From: Patescibacteria group bacterium | Lineage (GTDB): Bacteria; Patescibacteriota; Patescibacteriia; UBA2591; JAQUPP01 | DNA length: 64,000 nucleotides | Reading direction: 5' to 3' | NCBI GenBank assembly: GCA_028716665.1 | Contig: JAQUPP010000001.1 | Location: 37,313-101,312 of the forward strand | Shown: piece by piece, positions 60,189 through 64,000 of the stretch | Layout: each line of letters begins with the position of its first letter | Position numbering within the stretch: position 1 is the stretch's first letter | Program-made: the position numbers and the translations under genes | The notes under the pieces: generated by a model | What the model saw: only the letters and a program-made list of their open reading frames with translations | Database searches by the model: none | What the model was told of the DNA's origin: nothing

Positions 60189-60253
60189 ACCCTTTACTTT
60201 TCGCTCGCTTGATAATAAAATCCGCAAATAAAAAATATCCAAAAAATCAATAA

Positions 60254-60294
60254 AAAATCTAAAACCCTCTCATAACGAGAGGGTTTTAGATTTT
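60254..60294. terminator. bidirectional terminator
   Basis: AAAATCTAAAACCCTCTC / GAGAGGGTTTTAGATTTT between convergent operons. Confidence 0.75.
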
Positions 60295-60312
60295 AAACCT
60301 AAATTCTTTACT

Positions 60313-60747
60313 TTAAGATCCCAAACCAATTTTTTGCGGCGGGTTTAATGAATTAATAACAAAAGTGGCAATCGCGTAGGATAAGAGAATAATCACTAAT
60401 CCTACTATTGCGCTAAGCATCAAGGCCTTAGCCTGACTAATTTGTTTTTCCTGACCACCGGAAATCATCCACATTACTCCGCCAACTATCAATAAAATTG
60501 TCAGAATTAATCCGCTTAATCCGAGGATAATCTTAACAATTCTACCTATAGAAGTCGGTAAGTCAGTGTTGGATTTAAGATTGGCTTGCTGACCGGTTTG
60601 ATTCAAAAGTTGTAAAGAATCTGGCTCCTCGGCTAAAACATTCGGTCTAACCATATTCGGTAACCAGATACTGATTAAGAACACGGCTATCAACAAGATA
60701 TAAAAGACCTTCTGCTTTTGGTCGAGTTTTTTCATATTCAATTTCAC
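60313..60747 (-). CDS. CPR-type pilin (TrbC/VirB2-like)
   Basis: Signal peptide, then I..I...LG..G....GG..W..SGG...AK....A.VG pattern. Confidence 0.8.
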   Translation of the reverse strand: MKLNMKKLDQKQKVFYILLIAVFLISIWLPNMVRPNVLAEEPDSLQLLNQTGQQANLKSNTDLPTSIGRIVKIILGLSGLILTILLIVGGVMWMISGGQEKQISQAKALMLSAIVGLVIILLSYAIATFVINSLNPPQKIGLGS

Positions 60748-60753
60748 TTATTA

Positions 60754-61119
60754 TTAATTCGTAACATCTTGTATTCTTGCAGTAAGATAACTGGCAACAG
60801 CATAGGCTAAGACAACGATAATAATACCAATTACACCAGCAGCCATTAATTTCTTGGCTTCAGCAATTTTAGTTTCATCGCCACTTGAAGTCATCCATTT
60901 AAAACCACCGGAGATAATGATGACTGCGCAGACTAAACCTAAAAAGCCCAAGACAATGCTCATAATTCTACCCATGGCGGTAGGGAGGTCGGTATTACCA
61001 TAATTCGCGGCGCTGCGGAAGTTCTCTAAACCATTGTTCATTTCTTGCGCATTAGCGACTAATGGCATAACTAAACCCACCACTAAGACCAAAGTCATTG
61101 CTAATAAACATTTTTTCAT
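60754..61119 (-). CDS. CPR-type pilin
   Basis: LGFLGLV...GGFKWMTSSGDE.KI..AKK...G.IG..I...AY. Confidence 0.82.
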   Translation of the reverse strand: MKKCLLAMTLVLVVGLVMPLVANAQEMNNGLENFRSAANYGNTDLPTAMGRIMSIVLGFLGLVCAVIIISGGFKWMTSSGDETKIAEAKKLMAAGVIGIIIVVLAYAVASYLTARIQDVTN

Positions 61120-61285
61120 TTTATTTTTCCTCTTTCGTCCAACCTTTTAAGTAGGACGATTTATTAAAAAAACGACCTTGAAAGTTAATATTTAATTAAA
61201 GACTAACTATAATATTATTAAATCACCTTAAAAGCTCTTTGTCAATTTGGATTTGTGGATAAAGTTTATCCATAATCACAACTAT

Positions 61286-61720
61286 TTATTTATTTGCGAA
61301 AGCTTTTAAAAGAAATTCGACTATGGCGTAGCTTAAAAATATGAAAGCCATACCCAGAATTGCCCAAACAATAGCGTTCTTGCCGGTCTTTATTTTATCC
61401 GCATTACCACCTGAAGTCATCCAAGTAAAACCTCCATAAATAAACATTACTAGAGCGATAACACCAACAAATCCCAAAATATATTTTAAAACATCACCAA
61501 TAATAACAGGGATGGATCGATGACCCAATGGTTGAGGTAGCTCTAACTCTTCTTCGGACACAACTGTATTGGCAGTATTAGCAGCATTCTGTGCCATACA
61601 AGGATGAATCAATAATAAAGAGCCAACTACCAAACAATTTAAAATTAAAAGAAAGTAAAATTTTTTAGTCATAAAGTTGTATATTTTATCGCAAACCACT
61701 AAAGAATTCACGATAATCAT
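61286..61720 (-). CDS. CPR-type pilin (start probably at a later ATG)
   Basis: LGFVGVIALVMFIYGGFTWMTSGGN..KIK.GK..IVWAILG. Confidence 0.82.
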   Translation of the reverse strand: MIIVNSLVVCDKIYNFMTKKFYFLLILNCLVVGSLLLIHPCMAQNAANTANTVVSEEELELPQPLGHRSIPVIIGDVLKYILGFVGVIALVMFIYGGFTWMTSGGNADKIKTGKNAIVWAILGMAFIFLSYAIVEFLLKAFANK

Positions 61721-61755
61721 ATACCCTTTAGTGGTATATGATTTTAATTAATTTT

Positions 61756-62433
61756 CTATTTTGTTTCTTTACAGCAGATGGTTGTTGTGCCTGAACATTT
61801 ACCTGCACTGCATTTAAAACCTTCCACTTTATTGTCTTTATAATCATTATATCTGGATCCCGCTTCAATACATGAACCATCGTCAACTTGATCAACCTGA
61901 CATTTTTCTTGCGATAAATAACTTTCCGTGTGGAGGGCCTGCATTAATGCTTGGACTATAACATAGGCGCTTAGAACTATAACCATTCCAACAACCGCTC
62001 CCATAATAATAGCCTTGCCTTTTTTAACTTTTTCTTCAGAACCGGCAGAGGTCATCCATGATATTCCGCCAAAAATAAACAGAACCAAAGCAATCACTCC
62101 TAAATATTTTAAAATTATATTGGCAAGATTTAAATACAACCTTTCGAAATCATTAACCGTACAATCGCCGCAACAAGCGCAAATCGGTTGATTAATTAAT
62201 CCACCCACATGACAATTCGTTACATTATTGGTTCCCTGACAGAAACAATCACATTTTTTCCCTTCGTCTTCGACGCCACAAGTACAACTGGAAATTATAT
62301 TTTGAGTTTTTAATACACCGTTTTCAGTAATATTTTTTGTGCCGATAATTCTTTCGTATTTTTGAGCATTAGCAAAGCTGCCGATTGAAATTAAAAAAAT
62401 GGCGATAAAAATTATAAAAATTATTTTTTTCAT
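61756..62433 (-). CDS. pilin-like protein with Cys-rich N- and C-terminal extensions
   Basis: GVIALVLFIFGG..WMTSAGS.EKV.KGK core flanked by many Cys. Confidence 0.78.
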   Translation of the reverse strand: MKKIIFIIFIAIFLISIGSFANAQKYERIIGTKNITENGVLKTQNIISSCTCGVEDEGKKCDCFCQGTNNVTNCHVGGLINQPICACCGDCTVNDFERLYLNLANIILKYLGVIALVLFIFGGISWMTSAGSEEKVKKGKAIIMGAVVGMVIVLSAYVIVQALMQALHTESYLSQEKCQVDQVDDGSCIEAGSRYNDYKDNKVEGFKCSAGKCSGTTTICCKETK

Positions 62434-62460
62434 ACCAAAATTATTTTAAAATTTAAGTTT

Positions 62461-62619
62461 GAGCGGAGCGAAAACGCAAAATTTTTAACTATAATTTTGA
62501 GTACCCCCTCCTTTATCTCAACGACAAACTTTCAATAATCGTTAATGCAAAAGGCGAAGCCGCTCCGCTTATGGCGTATCTTAAAAAGGTAAACTTTCGA
62601 TGGAGTAAAGGAGGGGGTA
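62461..62619. repeat. palindromic intergenic element
   Basis: Perfect 14-bp IR TACCCCCTCCTTTA (62502-62515 / 62606-62619) plus AGCGGAGCG/CGCTCCGCT (62462-62470 / 62561-62569). Confidence 0.6.
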
Positions 62620-62677
62620 AAGGTTTTCTAGTCAAATTTTATTCGTCCTCTGGACTCCAAAATTTGAAGAAAGCCCT

Positions 62678-64000
62678 TTATAAAGTTAAATTTACTTTTT
62701 GAACGCAATAATCAAGGGCTTGTTTAATTTCTTTTGTGCCGGTTAAAACATTTCTTACCATCTCCTTAAAAGATTCTTCCACTAAGGAATAATTTTTCCC
62801 TTGATACCAAGTTTGAGCCGTTAGCACGCCTTTGACAAACGGAGCTAAATCAAAATCTTCCAATTGAAATTGAATTAAAGAACGAATCGCGGTCGGATGC
62901 TTGGTTTTTTCCAAGAAAGTTTTATTATTCGCTTCTTCAGTGGCATATAAAAGAAACGCCCAAGATTCATCAGGGTGAGTATTTTTTTTGGAAATTGTTT
63001 CTATCGGATAACTGGCAAAATTAACCTCTTTTAATGATCCGGTAATTTGCGGGGCTTTAATAATATCAAAATTTAATTTTGGCGCTTTTTCTTTAATGGT
63101 CGGCAAGAAATCAGAATAGCCGAACAAGAAAGCTGTTTTTCCTTGAATAAAAGCGTCTAAAGAATTTGTCATTTTTTCATTCCAGCAATAAATTTCTTTG
63201 CCCGGTGTGGCAAAATCAGTATAAAATCTTAAAGCTTCTTCGCCCGGGAAATAACTTGCGTCATCAACCGCCGGACGATTAAAAGATGCTTGGCCGCTCT
63301 CGCTAATCATGGTTGTGCCATTTTGCAGCATTAAAAGAGATAAAATATCCGACAAATTGGCGACATTATCAATTCCGCCTAGAGCTGTTCCTGATTGCAC
63401 AAAATTACCATCTTTATCTTTGAATGTCAAAAGCCTGACGTCATCGGCAAATTCCTGCCAATTAGCCGGCGGATTAACAATACCGGCATTATTTAAAAGT
63501 TCTTTATTATAATAGAGAACTAAAATATCAAGGGATAAAGGCAAACCGTAAAGTTTATTATCAATAATCACATCCTTTGGCACCGTATCAACATATTTTT
63601 CTTGCAGTTCTCTTAAAACAGGGGTTTTCTTTTTTTCTTCAACCACTTTTGTTTCTTTTTTGAAAGTTCCGGTGGTCACTTTTCTGGCCAAGGACAATTC
63701 ATCAGGAATATTCAACGGTGAAATCTTGGTTTGATATTTTCTTAGCCAAGTATTGGGAATGGAAAAAATATCCGGCCCCTTATCTTCCGCCCAAGCTTCA
63801 AGTAATGTTTGCTCATATTCTTCCGGTCTGATTAATCTGTAAGTAATGGAAACATGAGGATATTTCGCGTGAAATCCATTGATAATACTGTCAAAAGCGC
63901 CTTGATCATCAGTTGTTCGCCAATAAACTAAATTAATCGGCTGAATTTTTTCTGCCAATTTTTTAGGAGTACCCGCGCAACCAAAACCGGTGGTTATCAA
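62678..64000 (-). CDS. extracellular solute-binding protein, family 1 (5' end beyond window)
   Basis: GPDIF, LYGLPLSLD.L.LYYNK.L, PPANW.EF, AF..GK.A, AW.FL. Confidence 0.88.
   Translation of the reverse strand: MITTGFGCAGTPKKLAEKIQPINLVYWRTTDDQGAFDSIINGFHAKYPHVSITYRLIRPEEYEQTLLEAWAEDKGPDIFSIPNTWLRKYQTKISPLNIPDELSLARKVTTGTFKKETKVVEEKKKTPVLRELQEKYVDTVPKDVIIDNKLYGLPLSLDILVLYYNKELLNNAGIVNPPANWQEFADDVRLLTFKDKDGNFVQSGTALGGIDNVANLSDILSLLMLQNGTTMISESGQASFNRPAVDDASYFPGEEALRFYTDFATPGKEIYCWNEKMTNSLDAFIQGKTAFLFGYSDFLPTIKEKAPKLNFDIIKAPQITGSLKEVNFASYPIETISKKNTHPDESWAFLLYATEEANNKTFLEKTKHPTAIRSLIQFQLEDFDLAPFVKGVLTAQTWYQGKNYSLVEESFKEMVRNVLTGTKEIKQALDYCVQKVNLTL

Overview
AT-rich chromosomal window from a Patescibacteria (CPR) bacterium. 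The 16S signatures look Parcubacteria/ABY1-like and the genetic code is standard (TGA is used as stop). The backbone is housekeeping: smpB-tmRNA-infC-rpmI-rplT, thyX, mreB, glyQS, guaB, rplS, gmk, cca, a 16S rRNA not linked to 23S, trmD-khpA-rpsP, murA, infB, gyrA, glgA, ruvC, yebC, seven tRNAs, a GT-C/GT2 glycosylation cluster and four CPR-type pilins. Three things stand out. (1) A ~5.8 kb island downstream of tRNA-Val(GAC), bounded by a 29-bp direct repeat, encodes a HisA-HisI-HisE fusion, HisG, PurA, a divergent SAICAR-synthetase homologue and an ITPase-kinase fusion. This gene set matches the logic of coformycin/pentostatin (diazepine nucleotide, deaminase inhibitor) biosynthesis plus ITP-to-AMP recycling, rather than histidine synthesis (inference). 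(2) A non-coding terminal-inverted-repeat element occurs three times, each time exactly at a start codon with a TATG duplication. (3) tRNA 5'-half duplications, a lone GIY-YIG nuclease, MITE-like elements and short palindromes are scattered through the window, some inserted in frame in proteins. All calls come from reading motifs by eye; no database searches were run.
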